Source of the DNA: an uncultured Acidobacteriota bacterium
GTDB lineage: Bacteria > Acidobacteriota > Terriglobia > Acidiferrales > UBA7541
Length of the DNA: 64,000 bases
Assembly (NCBI GenBank): GCA_963779005.1
Contig: CAVZWO010000006.1
Span: 362,125 to 426,124, forward strand
Direction of reading: 5' to 3'
Shown: positions 31,305-40,400 of the stretch, one piece after another
How the letters are laid out: each line of letters starts with the position of its first letter
Position numbering within the stretch: position 1 is the first letter of the stretch
Made by a program: the position numbers and the translations under genes
The notes under the pieces: model-generated
Told to the model about the DNA's origin: nothing
Database searches by the model: none
The model's input: only the letters and a program-made list of their open reading frames with translations

Positions 31305-31825
31305 AACGCCATATTTACGCAGGGTTGCTGGGTCTTATGATTTCTTTTGCAGCTTCGCCGTTGCCCGCCGAGGGACAGACCCAGCAGAAAGACTATCTCT
31401 CCGGCGTCGAAGCCGACAAAATTCGCGAAGCCGAGACGCCCAACGAGCGCATCACGCTGTTCCTCACGTTCGCCGATGACCGGCTGAAGAAACTGCAGTA
31501 CGAGTTGGAACATCCTTCGCAGACCAACCACATGGAGATGATCAATTCGCTTTTGAACGCCTACGTCGGGTGCGTGGACGATGCCGCGGACCTCATTCAG
31601 CTTGGCATCGAGAAGCAACAGAACATTCGCAAGGGCATCGACTTGATGGCGTCCCGCACGAAAGACTTCCTGGCGATTCTGCAGAAAATGCCCACCGATG
31701 CGCCCGACTCCGATCTCTACAAAGACAATCTCGACGACGCTATGGAAGGCACGCGCGACGCCTCGCGAGAAGCGGAAGCCGCCAAGAAAAATGTCGCCCC
31801 GCCGCCGGTGCGGCGAAAGAAATGA
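31301..31825 (+). CDS. Secreted helical hypothetical protein
   Basis: Signal peptide; DYLS..EADKIREA..PNERI; ATGA overlaps at both ends. Confidence 0.78.
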   Translation: MKRHIYAGLLGLMISFAASPLPAEGQTQQKDYLSGVEADKIREAETPNERITLFLTFADDRLKKLQYELEHPSQTNHMEMINSLLNAYVGCVDDAADLIQLGIEKQQNIRKGIDLMASRTKDFLAILQKMPTDAPDSDLYKDNLDDAMEGTRDASREAEAAKKNVAPPPVRRKK

Positions 31826-32736
31826 ACGCCGCGCGCGAAATAACTCCCGCGAAGCAAGTCGCCCCGCCGCGGCAACTCCACTTCTGGATGGATCACGCCA
31901 CCTCTGTAGGGGAGGGGCTTGCCCCTCCCTCTTCGTCCGCGCCGCCATCCCCCGATATTCCCACGCCCCGCCGCGCGCCACGTGGCCGTGCGAAGAAAAC
32001 TGCCACGAAAAAGAAGCGCAAGCCCCCGCGCCGCGCGAGTTCTGGAGTTCCTGGTGGCGCAGCTCTTTTTCAGCGCGTATTCACCCGCCTCGGCTGCGAC
32101 GGCCGCCCCCCGCGCTTCCGCGTCGAGTTCTATCCCTATGCCAGCCTCGTGTTGACGATTCGGCGCCGCGAAGACGTTGTCCACGTGCGCTTCTCGGATC
32201 TGCTACAGCGCGCTCCGCTCCCGGTTTTGGAAGGCGCCGCCGCGCTCCTTCTCTCGCGCGTCTATCGGCGTAAAGCCCCGCGCGCGTTAGTCGATCCCTA
32301 CTTGCACTACGCACGCTCCAATCGAACGCGCAGCCGTATCAGCCGCATGCGCCGCGGCCGTGTTCGCCTCGCGTCCACAGGGCCGCGCGGCCGCCATTTC
32401 GACTTGGAAAAAATGTTTGGTGAGCTAAACGGAAAATACTTTGCCGGAAATTTGCAGCGCCCGCACATAGGCTGGAGCACGCGAAGCTGGCGCCGCCAAT
32501 TCGGCTGCTACGATCCCGGCCCCAATCAAATCCTGCTGAATCGCCGCATGGATCATCCCCGCGTTCCGCGCGTCGCCGTCGAGTACGTCCTCTACCACGA
32601 AATGCTCCACGTCAAACATCCCACCCGCCGCTCCGGCTGCAGCCTCGTCTCCCATTCCCCCGAATTTCGCGCCGAAGAAAAACTCTTCACCGACTTCGCC
32701 CGCGCCCGCCGCATCCTCGATCACCTCGCCCGCTAG
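31822..32736 (+). CDS. SprT/YgjP-like zinc metalloprotease
   Basis: YHEMLH (HExxH) then HSPEF; FGELNGKYF, FGCYD; basic low-complexity N-terminus; start ATG 31822. Confidence 0.82.
   Translation: MNAAREITPAKQVAPPRQLHFWMDHATSVGEGLAPPSSSAPPSPDIPTPRRAPRGRAKKTATKKKRKPPRRASSGVPGGAALFQRVFTRLGCDGRPPRFRVEFYPYASLVLTIRRREDVVHVRFSDLLQRAPLPVLEGAAALLLSRVYRRKAPRALVDPYLHYARSNRTRSRISRMRRGRVRLASTGPRGRHFDLEKMFGELNGKYFAGNLQRPHIGWSTRSWRRQFGCYDPGPNQILLNRRMDHPRVPRVAVEYVLYHEMLHVKHPTRRSGCSLVSHSPEFRAEEKLFTDFARARRILDHLAR
31906..31929 (+). repeat. REP-like palindrome inside the SprT-like gene
   Basis: GTAG-GGGAGGGGC-TT-GCCCCTCCC, read in frame as VGEGLAPP. Confidence 0.65.
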
Positions 32737-32755
32737 AACTGCGCCTTGGCAGAAT

Positions 32756-33262
32756 TTATTCGTAAATGCCGAACGTGACGTACACCTCTTTTGGCGCGCG
32801 ATTTAGCCAGACAACGACGGCACGCCGCTCGATCGGCACATTTCGACGGCTTAGGGCAGCGCCCCCAACCCAGAGGTCTCCGTTATTGCTCATTGTGATT
32901 TCAAATCGGTCCGTATTCCATGTAGCGCTGATGGCACGAACCAGAAATGGCATGCCGTCGGACTTCTTGCTGGGCAAGAACATGGCGAGCTGCTTCTCCG
33001 TCAAGCGAGCACAAGCCGTTGCTCGGAGCAAGGATTCGGCGTGCAGTTGCTGAGCGCTCGGCACGGGCTCCCAGCGTGTGCGGTCTAACGGCTGGGGCCA
33101 AACGCTCCAATCCACTTTCGGCGGCAAGTTTCTGATCCAATCGTTTGCAGACCGCCCGTTCGCTGCGTTGACGTCCTTTACTGTGGGATGACCACAACCT
33201 GCGTAAACAAGAAGACCAAGGGTACAAACCCATATGGAAGGTGGTCTGAGGCGCGCGCTCAT
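32756..33262 (-). CDS. Hypothetical lipoprotein
   Basis: Hydrophobic leader ending YAG-C; 168-aa ORF. Confidence 0.55.
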   Translation of the reverse strand: MSARLRPPSIWVCTLGLLVYAGCGHPTVKDVNAANGRSANDWIRNLPPKVDWSVWPQPLDRTRWEPVPSAQQLHAESLLRATACARLTEKQLAMFLPSKKSDGMPFLVRAISATWNTDRFEITMSNNGDLWVGGAALSRRNVPIERRAVVVWLNRAPKEVYVTFGIYE

Positions 33263-33278
33263 GAGATGGGCTCTCAGC

Positions 33279-33764
33279 TCAACGACTTTTTTCTTTTTCC
33301 ACGTCTTTATAAAGCTTGTCGATTTTTTTCTGGATTTTGTCTTTGTCTTCCGCCGTCGGATACAGATCCAAATAACGCTTGTAGGATTTGATGGCCTGCT
33401 TCTTCATGCCTTTTTTTTCTTGCGCCTCGGCTAAGTAGCGGAAGGGAACAGCGTACCCGGGCTTGGCGAGAGTGGCATCCTGAAAGCGGTCGATGGCGGC
33501 ATCTACGTCGCCTTTGTGCATGTAATACATGCCGACCTGCATGTCTTTTTCCGCGCGCAACGGATCCCATGTCGGCTGGTCCGGAGCACTTTGCGTAGCG
33601 TTGTCGGCATTCGTCTTGGGCGTCTTCGGTTTCTCCGGGGGAGCCGCAGGCTTATCCGGTGGAGGCGGCGGGTCCTGCGCGAGAGTCCGCATCGGCGCGA
33701 GCATCAGCAGAGCAAATAGACTCGCGTAGAATGCGCGGCGCAGAACTGAACTCTTTCGTTTCAT
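33279..33764 (-). CDS. Small exported TPR protein
   Basis: Signal, Pro-rich linker, VGMYYMHKGDVDAAIDRF / YLAEAQEKKG..QAIKSY TPRs; start approximate. Confidence 0.8.
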   Translation of the reverse strand: MKRKSSVLRRAFYASLFALLMLAPMRTLAQDPPPPPDKPAAPPEKPKTPKTNADNATQSAPDQPTWDPLRAEKDMQVGMYYMHKGDVDAAIDRFQDATLAKPGYAVPFRYLAEAQEKKGMKKQAIKSYKRYLDLYPTAEDKDKIQKKIDKLYKDVEKEKSR

Positions 33765-33818
33765 ACCACCCATTGGATGCTGCGGTCTCCCGAGCATGTT
33801 GCCAACTCCCACGTTCCC

Positions 33819-33846
33819 CCAGTCACCAGTCACCAGTCACCAGTCA
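33819..33846. repeat. Heptamer tandem repeat (CCAGTCA)4
   Basis: Counted directly in the divergent gap between the TPR gene and uvrC. Confidence 0.9.
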
Positions 33847-33901
33847 CAATTCTAGTATGATGGAACTTCGCGGTTAAGCCTAAATTCCGCGCTGCATTCC
33901 C

Positions 33902-35776
33902 ATGGAACCCCGAGAAATAGCGGATCTGTTGCCGGAGAGCCCGGGCGTCTACTTGTTCAAAGACGCCGGCGGCAATGTCCTTTACGTTGGCAAAGCGGCT
34001 TCGCTGCGCAGCCGCGTCCGTTCGTATTTTCTCGAATCGAGTTGGGTAAACGCCAAGACTGGCTCGCTCGCGCGCGAAATTGCCGACCTCGAAACCATCC
34101 TCGTCGGCAACGAACGCGAAGCGCTCGCGCTCGAGCACAATCTCATCAAGCTCTATCGCCCGAAGTTCAACGTCATGCTTCGGGACGACAAAACCTATCC
34201 GTACATCAAGTTCACCGCGGCGGAAAAATATCCGCGCGTTTATTTCACGCGCCGAATAAAGAAAGATGGCTCGCTTTATTTCGGGCCATATTTTCCCGCC
34301 GGTCTGGCACGGCGCATTCTTCATTTTGTGCACAAGCGATTTCTCGTTCCGAGTTGCACGGTCGATCTCACGCGCAGCCATCCGCGCCCGTGTTTGCAGT
34401 ATTACATCAAGCGTTGCCTCGGCCCGTGCGTCACTGGCCTCACCACCGATGACCGCTACGCGGAAGCCGCTCGCGATGTCCGCCTGTTTCTCGAAGGCCG
34501 TCGCCACGACCTGATCAAGAGCCTCGAAGCGCGCATGATGGCCGCCGCCGAGAAGGAGCAATTCGAACAGGCCGCTGCCTATCGCGACCTGCTTCGCACA
34601 CTCGAAGATATCGAAGAGCGGCAGCGCATTGCAGCGGCGCAAGGAGATGACACCGACGTGCTCGCTTATTACGCGGAACCGCCGCTCGTCGCCGCGAATC
34701 TGTTTCACTTGCGCGGAGGCCGTGTCGTCGACCGGCGCGAATTTTATTGGGAAGACCTGGACGAATTCGATGCGCAGGAATTTGTTCCTTCGCTGCTCAA
34801 GCAGCTCTATTTGGAAGCGGAGTATCTGCCCAAAGCGATTCACGTGCCCATCGATTTCGAGGATCGCGAACTGCTCGAAGAAACGCTTGCCGAGCGCGCT
34901 GGGCATAAGGTTGAAATTTTCACGCCGCAGCGTGGCAACAAGCGCTCTTTCCTCGATTTAGTAGAAAGCAACGCCAAGCACTCGTTCGAACAGCGCTTCC
35001 GCGTGATGAAACCCAGTTCAAAAGCCATCGGCGAGGCTCTGCAGAACGCTCTGAATCTTCCCGAGGAGCCACGCCGCATCGAAAGCTTCGACATTTCCCA
35101 CATCCAAGGAACGGACACGGTGGCTTCGATGGTCGTTTGGGAAAATGGCCACATGAAAAAATCGGACTATCGCAAATTTATTATTCGTGGAGACGAGGGG
35201 CGCGGCGGTGGAGCGGGCAACGGAGTTTCCTACTCGAAGAACGACGACTTCGCAAGCATGCGCGAAACGGTGACTCGCCGCTATCGGCGCCTGCAGGAGG
35301 AAAAGAAACCGCTGCCCAGCTTGATTCTGATCGACGGAGGTATCGGCCAGCTTCACGCCGCCGCGCAGGCACTGGATTCGCTGCAAATCATCAATCAGCC
35401 GCTGGCGAGCATAGCCAAGAAAGAAGAAATTCTGTACGTCTTTGGGCAAGAAGATGAGCCCATCGTTCTGGAACACCACTCGCCGGTGCTACATCTAATC
35501 CAGCAAATCCGCGACGAAACTCACCGGTTCGCGGTCACGTTTCACCGCGAGCGACGCGCGAAACGCCAGACAAAATCCGCTCTGGATGGGATCCCGGGCA
35601 TCGGGCCGCGCACGGTGCAAAAACTTTTGCGCGAATTCGGCAGCGTTTCGAATGTGCGCCGGGCCGGCTTAGAAAGATTGAGCGAAGTCATTCCGCGGAA
35701 AACTGCGGAAAAACTGTTCCAACAGCTAGAAGGATCGACTTTGAAGGGCGAATCCGTCGATAACCGGACTGAGTAA
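33902..35776 (+). CDS. uvrC: Excinuclease ABC subunit C
   Basis: LPESPGVYLF..LYVGKA..LR.RVRSYF (GIY-YIG), RIESFDISH, LILIDGGIGQ, IRDETHRFA, HhH GIGP. Confidence 0.97.
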   Translation: MEPREIADLLPESPGVYLFKDAGGNVLYVGKAASLRSRVRSYFLESSWVNAKTGSLAREIADLETILVGNEREALALEHNLIKLYRPKFNVMLRDDKTYPYIKFTAAEKYPRVYFTRRIKKDGSLYFGPYFPAGLARRILHFVHKRFLVPSCTVDLTRSHPRPCLQYYIKRCLGPCVTGLTTDDRYAEAARDVRLFLEGRRHDLIKSLEARMMAAAEKEQFEQAAAYRDLLRTLEDIEERQRIAAAQGDDTDVLAYYAEPPLVAANLFHLRGGRVVDRREFYWEDLDEFDAQEFVPSLLKQLYLEAEYLPKAIHVPIDFEDRELLEETLAERAGHKVEIFTPQRGNKRSFLDLVESNAKHSFEQRFRVMKPSSKAIGEALQNALNLPEEPRRIESFDISHIQGTDTVASMVVWENGHMKKSDYRKFIIRGDEGRGGGAGNGVSYSKNDDFASMRETVTRRYRRLQEEKKPLPSLILIDGGIGQLHAAAQALDSLQIINQPLASIAKKEEILYVFGQEDEPIVLEHHSPVLHLIQQIRDETHRFAVTFHRERRAKRQTKSALDGIPGIGPRTVQKLLREFGSVSNVRRAGLERLSEVIPRKTAEKLFQQLEGSTLKGESVDNRTE

Positions 35777-35841
35777 TCTATGCCGGTTAGTCCATATTGC
35801 GGACTCTGTGCCGCTATGTTACGGTTTTTGTGGAGGTTCTC

Positions 35842-36132
35842 ATGGCGGACAATGTTGGTTCCAAGGTCACCTATTTCCTCGTGGGGCTCGGCGTGGGCGC
35901 GCTAGTGGGTATTTTGTTTGCCCCGAAATCCGGAGAAGATACGCGCGCGTATCTAGCTAATAAGGCCGATGAAGGCAAGGACTACGCGCAGCGCAAGGCA
36001 AAAGAACTTCGCGAACGCGCGGATGATTTGATCGAGCGCAGCAAAGACGCGGCGACACGCGGCAAAGATTCGATCTCCGCGGCGGTCGAAGGTGCGCGTG
36101 AGGCTTATCGTCGCGAAGCTTCCAAGTCTTAA
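35842..36132 (+). CDS. YtxH-domain protein
   Basis: FLVGLGVGALVGILFAPKSGEDTR..L; GGAGG RBS. Confidence 0.9.
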   Translation: MADNVGSKVTYFLVGLGVGALVGILFAPKSGEDTRAYLANKADEGKDYAQRKAKELRERADDLIERSKDAATRGKDSISAAVEGAREAYRREASKS

Positions 36133-36221
36133 GCTGAAAAGTCTTGCTGTTGAACAGATTGGAAGCGGGGGAAGTCGGCACGGCATGATTCCGTCCTCCT
36201 GAGAGGACGCGTGGGGCGAGC

Positions 36222-36731
36222 ATGCAAACCTGGCTGATGATTTTCAGCATCGTGGCATCGCTGGCGCTGGTGGTTCAAGGCGCCATGCTGATTGCGCTGT
36301 TTTTCGAAGTGCGACAGACCAATAAAAAAGTCAACGGGCTCGTCACCGATTTGCATACGCGCCTGGGACCGATTTTGACGCGGGCGCAGATTCTGCTCGA
36401 CGACACGCAACCGAAAATTTCCAACATGGTGGCCGATGCGGCGCACATCGTTTATTTGACGCGGGGGCAGGCGCAGAAGATGGACCGCGTGCTAACCGAT
36501 GCAACGGACCGATTGCGCGGGCAACTGAATCACGCAGACCGGATTTTGACGGGCGCGTTGGAAGCCGTGGAAGACGCGGGGTCGCAATTCCGCAGCACGG
36601 TTTGGCGGCCGATGCAGAAAGCGTCGGCGCTTCTGCAGGGAATCAAAGTTGGACTGGATTTGTTGCGGTCGCGCCGTGCTTCGCGGAATCCGGATGGGCC
36701 GCTGGAGCAAGAGGAAGAACTTTTTATTTGA
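36222..36731 (+). CDS. Membrane-anchored coiled-coil hypothetical (DUF948-like)
   Basis: One N-terminal TM then a helical region; adjacent to ytxH, a common pairing. Confidence 0.7.
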   Translation: MQTWLMIFSIVASLALVVQGAMLIALFFEVRQTNKKVNGLVTDLHTRLGPILTRAQILLDDTQPKISNMVADAAHIVYLTRGQAQKMDRVLTDATDRLRGQLNHADRILTGALEAVEDAGSQFRSTVWRPMQKASALLQGIKVGLDLLRSRRASRNPDGPLEQEEELFI

Positions 36732-36770
36732 AGAGCTTACACCTAAAAGCCGACAGCCCACAGCTAACCG

Positions 36771-36861
36771 TTCAAAGTCGAAAGTTCAAAGTTCAAAGTT
36801 CAAAGTTCAAAGTTCAAAGTTCAAAGTTCAAAGTTCAAAGTTCAAAGTTCAAAGTTCAAAG
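36771..36861. repeat. Heptamer microsatellite (TTCAAAG)n: 11 perfect units (36785-36861) preceded by TTCAAAG-TCGAAAG
   Basis: Counted directly; lies between convergent genes. Confidence 0.97.
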
Positions 36862-36997
36862 TCGCTCTTCTCTTGGTGGCGGTTTTCTCGCGGAATTTCG
36901 CAAGCTCCTATTTGCAGTTTTTCTTCTTTGTCTATCTCTTCGTTACTTCTTTACCTCGTTTCGTCTTCTCGTCTGCTTCCACTTTCCGACGTTCGTC

Positions 36998-38149
36998 CTA
37001 TCTAATCCAGGCGCCGCCGAGGACGCGGACGCCTTCGTAGAACACGGCGCCCTGGCCGGGCGTGATGGCGCGTTGCGGTGTGTCGAACGTGATGCGGGCG
37101 CGCGAATCGGCGAGAGCTTCAACCAACGCGGGGGCGGGTTCGTGTTTGTGGCGGATTTTTACTTGTGCGCGGATCGGTGAGGCGGGCCTTTCGATCGATA
37201 CCCAATTTACGTCTTCGACTTCAAACGTGGTGGTGCGCAGGGCGTCGTCATCGCCGACAACGACACGATTTTTTTCTGGATCAATCGAGAGAACGTAGAG
37301 TGGTTTCCCCGCAGAAAAGCCGAGACCTTTGCGCTGGCCGATGGTGAAATTGTGAACGCCGTTGTGGTGGCCGACGAGCGCGCCCTCTTCCGTGACAATT
37401 TCTCCTTCACTTTGCGACAGGGAAATGCCTGCATCTTTGGAATAGGCCTGGATGAACTGAACGTAATTGCCCGTGGGAACGAAACAGAGTTCCATGCTTT
37501 CGGGCTTTTCCGCGACCGGTAGATTGGTGCGGCGCGCGACGGTACGCACTTCTTCCTTGGTCAATTCGCCGAGCGGAAATTCGCTGCGCGAAAGCTGTTC
37601 TTGCGAAAGGCCCCAGAGAAAATAGGATTGGTCTTTGCTTTCATCGCGCGCGCGCAAAAGTTCCCAACGCTGCGTTTGCTCGTTCCTGCGAATGCGGGCG
37701 TAATGGCCCGTGGCCAAACGCTCCGCGCCGATTTGGCGCGCCATGCGAAGGAGCGGCTCGAACTTTACGTCGGTGTTGCAGTTGGTGCAGGCAATGGGCG
37801 TGCGGCCGGCGAGATATTGATCGACAAAGGGGCGCACGACGCGCTGCTCGAACTGCTCCTCAAAATTCACGACGTAGTGCGGAAAATTCAGGTGCTGGGC
37901 TACGCGTTTGGCGTCGTAAACATCGTCGAGCGAGCAGCAGCGATGCTGCTTGGGGCCGTCGCCTTGGAGCTCGGGGAGGCGGCGCTGGTTCCAGAGTTGC
38001 ATGGTGAGGCCGACGATGGGGTGGCCCTGTGCCTGGAGAACGGCGGCGACGGTGGAGGAGTCGACGCCGCCGGACATGGCGATGGCGATCAGGCCTCGCT
38101 GGGTTTCTTCTCGCGTTGGCAGCGTGTCGAATTCGGCGGCAGCGTTCAT
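36998..38149 (-). CDS. mnmA: tRNA-specific 2-thiouridylase
   Basis: AMSGGVDSST, TPIAC..CN..VKF, ATGHYARI, KDQSYFL, KPESMELCF, TIGQRKGL, TPGQGAVFY. Confidence 0.97.
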   Translation of the reverse strand: MNAAAEFDTLPTREETQRGLIAIAMSGGVDSSTVAAVLQAQGHPIVGLTMQLWNQRRLPELQGDGPKQHRCCSLDDVYDAKRVAQHLNFPHYVVNFEEQFEQRVVRPFVDQYLAGRTPIACTNCNTDVKFEPLLRMARQIGAERLATGHYARIRRNEQTQRWELLRARDESKDQSYFLWGLSQEQLSRSEFPLGELTKEEVRTVARRTNLPVAEKPESMELCFVPTGNYVQFIQAYSKDAGISLSQSEGEIVTEEGALVGHHNGVHNFTIGQRKGLGFSAGKPLYVLSIDPEKNRVVVGDDDALRTTTFEVEDVNWVSIERPASPIRAQVKIRHKHEPAPALVEALADSRARITFDTPQRAITPGQGAVFYEGVRVLGGAWIR

Positions 38150-38195
38150 AGTAGTGACTATCTCAGTTTAGCGGATTCTGGCGCTGGAAGAAAAA

Positions 38196-38247
38196 GATCA
38201 GAGTCTACACAGAGTTCTCTGAGGACACAGAGAGCACGGAGAAGAGG
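38196..38247. repeat. Degenerate CACAGAG/CACGGAG periodic repeat
   Basis: agagtctacacagagttctctgaggacacagagagcacggagaagagg; similar motif at 45338-45372. Confidence 0.4.
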
Positions 38248-38254
38248 CGGGGCG

Positions 38255-39472
38255 TTAGACATGGGAGGCGGCCTCTTTGCGATAGGTTGGAGAGAGGGCG
38301 CGGAGTTGGGCGACGGCGGCGGGGATGACTTCGAGGGCGAAATCGATTTTGGATTCGGTGGTGTGGCGGCCGAGGCTGAAGCGCAGGCTGGATTTGGCTT
38401 CTTCCTGGGTGAGGCCGATGGCGGTGAGGACGTGCGAAGGCTCGACGGCTCCAGAGGAGCAGGCGGCGCCGACGGAGCAAGATAGACCTTTGAGGTCCAG
38501 CGCGATGACGAGGGCTTCGCCTTCGATGCCGGCAAACAGGAGATTCGTGGTGTTGGGTGTGCGTGGCGCTGTGCCGCCATTGACGCGGATTTGCGGGACG
38601 CGCTGGAGCAAGCCGTGTTCGAGTTTGCCGCGCAAGTGCGAGACTCTTTGCGCGTCAGTTGCCAGTGAGGCGCGCGCGATTTCCGCGGCCTTGCCGAGAC
38701 CTACGATTCCGGCGACGTTTTCCGTGCCGGGGCGGAAGCCGCGTTGGTGATGGCCACCGTAGAGAAGCTGTCGCAGGCGAGTGCCGCTGCGGACGTAGAG
38801 AGCGCCGACGCCTTTAGGAGCGTAGAGTTTGTGGCCGGAGAGCGAAAGAAGATCGACGTTTAGGGCGTTCACGTCGATGGGGATTTTTCCGGCGGATTGG
38901 ACGGCGTCCGTGTGGAAATATATTTTGTGTTCTTTGGCGATGCGTCCGATTTCTTCTAGCGGCTGGATGGTGCCTAGCTCGTTGTTGGCGTGCATTACGG
39001 TGACGAGAGCGGTTTCGGGTCGAATGGCCTGGCGGACGGCCCCGAGATTTACTAGGCCTTCGCGATCGACTGGAAGATAGGTGACGTCTGCGCCTTGCTT
39101 TTCCAAGGCTTGGCAGGCGTTAAGGACGGCTTCGTGTTCGACGGTGCTCGTGATGAGGTGAGGTGCGCGGTTTGATAAATCAGAGGGGGCGACGGGCAGG
39201 AATGCCTGTCCCACCCTGGCTACGACGACGCCAAAGATGGCGTGGTTGTCGGACTCGGTGCCGCCGCTGGTGAAAACGATTTCCTGGGGACGTGCGCCGA
39301 TGAAGGCGGCGACTTGTTCGCGTGCGGTTTCGACGGCGGCGCGAGCGCGCTGGCCGGGTGTGTGGATGGAGGAAGCGTTGGCGAAATCGGCGGAGAAATA
39401 GGGGAGCATCGCGTCGAGGACTTGAGCGTCGACGGGCGTCGTGGCGTTGTAATCGAGGTAGACGCGGTTCAT
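38255..39472 (-). CDS. iscS: Cysteine desulfurase IscS/NifS type
   Basis: YLDYNATTP, FTSGGTESDN, HTDAVQ, SGHKLYAPKGVG, RPGTEN, GAACSSG (catalytic Cys); upstream of mnmA. Confidence 0.95.
   Translation of the reverse strand: MNRVYLDYNATTPVDAQVLDAMLPYFSADFANASSIHTPGQRARAAVETAREQVAAFIGARPQEIVFTSGGTESDNHAIFGVVVARVGQAFLPVAPSDLSNRAPHLITSTVEHEAVLNACQALEKQGADVTYLPVDREGLVNLGAVRQAIRPETALVTVMHANNELGTIQPLEEIGRIAKEHKIYFHTDAVQSAGKIPIDVNALNVDLLSLSGHKLYAPKGVGALYVRSGTRLRQLLYGGHHQRGFRPGTENVAGIVGLGKAAEIARASLATDAQRVSHLRGKLEHGLLQRVPQIRVNGGTAPRTPNTTNLLFAGIEGEALVIALDLKGLSCSVGAACSSGAVEPSHVLTAIGLTQEEAKSSLRFSLGRHTTESKIDFALEVIPAAVAQLRALSPTYRKEAASHV
39191..39214 (-). repeat. GTGG-type palindrome inside iscS
   Basis: Minus strand GTGG-GACAGGCA-TTCC-TGCCCGTC, read as VGQAFLPV in an elongated loop. 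Confidence 0.6.
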
Positions 39473-39751
39473 AGGACAGTTCTCAGGATACTACGACGGC
39501 GGTAAGCCGAGAGGCGTAAGAATCGCGGAAATCCCCCTCGTTTGCATCCACTCGTCTTCGACAGTCGCACCGCCAGTGGGACTGGTGTCTTCCTTCTGTC
39601 CCAGAGACCAGTAGTGCGGTATATCGCGACAAGCTATTGTGTGTTCAGCCGCGAGATTCGGGCCTCCCTCTTCCAGGTTTCTGCATCGGAGCATACGCGG
39701 GCGGAGCGCAGTTTTCTCGGCACGATCTGGAGCCGAAAATAAGGGGCATAA

Positions 39752-40285
39752 ATGAGCCTTACTCTTCGAACCAAGAAAAACATTGTGAGTGCGGCGATGA
39801 CGGTTGTGTTGCTACTAGCGGGACGCAGTTCTGCGCGCGCCACGGAGCAACCGCGGGCCCCGAGCGTTAGCCGGCCTGGCGGGACAACGACGGTTGGAAG
39901 GATCGAGATTCCGGCGGTTGGTCTCGCCACACGGGTGCTCGAAGGTTCCGATGCAAGTACGCTTCAGCTGGCCGTTGGACATATCCCGGGCACCGCTCTC
40001 CCTGGTCCCTCCGGCAACGTCGGCCTTGCGGGCCATCGGGATACTTTTTTTCGTTCCTTGCGAAAGATCAAAGCAGGAGACGAAATTCGGCTTACCACCT
40101 CGGCGGGCACGTTCAAATATCGAGTGGTTTCCCTGCGTGTGGTTCTTCCTGATGCCATCGAGGTTCTGAATGCTACGAGGTCGCCGACATTGACGCTGGT
40201 AACCTGCTACCCGTTTGATTTTGCCGGCACGGCGCCACAGCGGTTGATCGTTCATGCCGAGATGGTCCGCAATACGCTGAACTGA
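39752..40285 (+). CDS. Sortase, class D-like
   Basis: GRIEIPAVGL, GNVGLAGHRDTFF, LTLVTCYPF, PQRLIV (His/Cys/Arg triad). Confidence 0.92.
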   Translation: MSLTLRTKKNIVSAAMTVVLLLAGRSSARATEQPRAPSVSRPGGTTTVGRIEIPAVGLATRVLEGSDASTLQLAVGHIPGTALPGPSGNVGLAGHRDTFFRSLRKIKAGDEIRLTTSAGTFKYRVVSLRVVLPDAIEVLNATRSPTLTLVTCYPFDFAGTAPQRLIVHAEMVRNTLN

Positions 40286-40400
40286 ACCAGATAGCGAAGG
40301 CGAAGAGTTGGAAAAATGCGGCGCCGGCGAGGCGCTCGATGGCGCGCGCGTTGCAACGTCCGGCAATCTGAAGGAGCAACGTAACAAGCTAAGAGCGAAG

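Noticed and set aside
36602-37180. ORFs containing SKFKVQS repeats
   Set aside because: Simply the translation of the TTCAAAG microsatellite; they overlap real genes at both ends.
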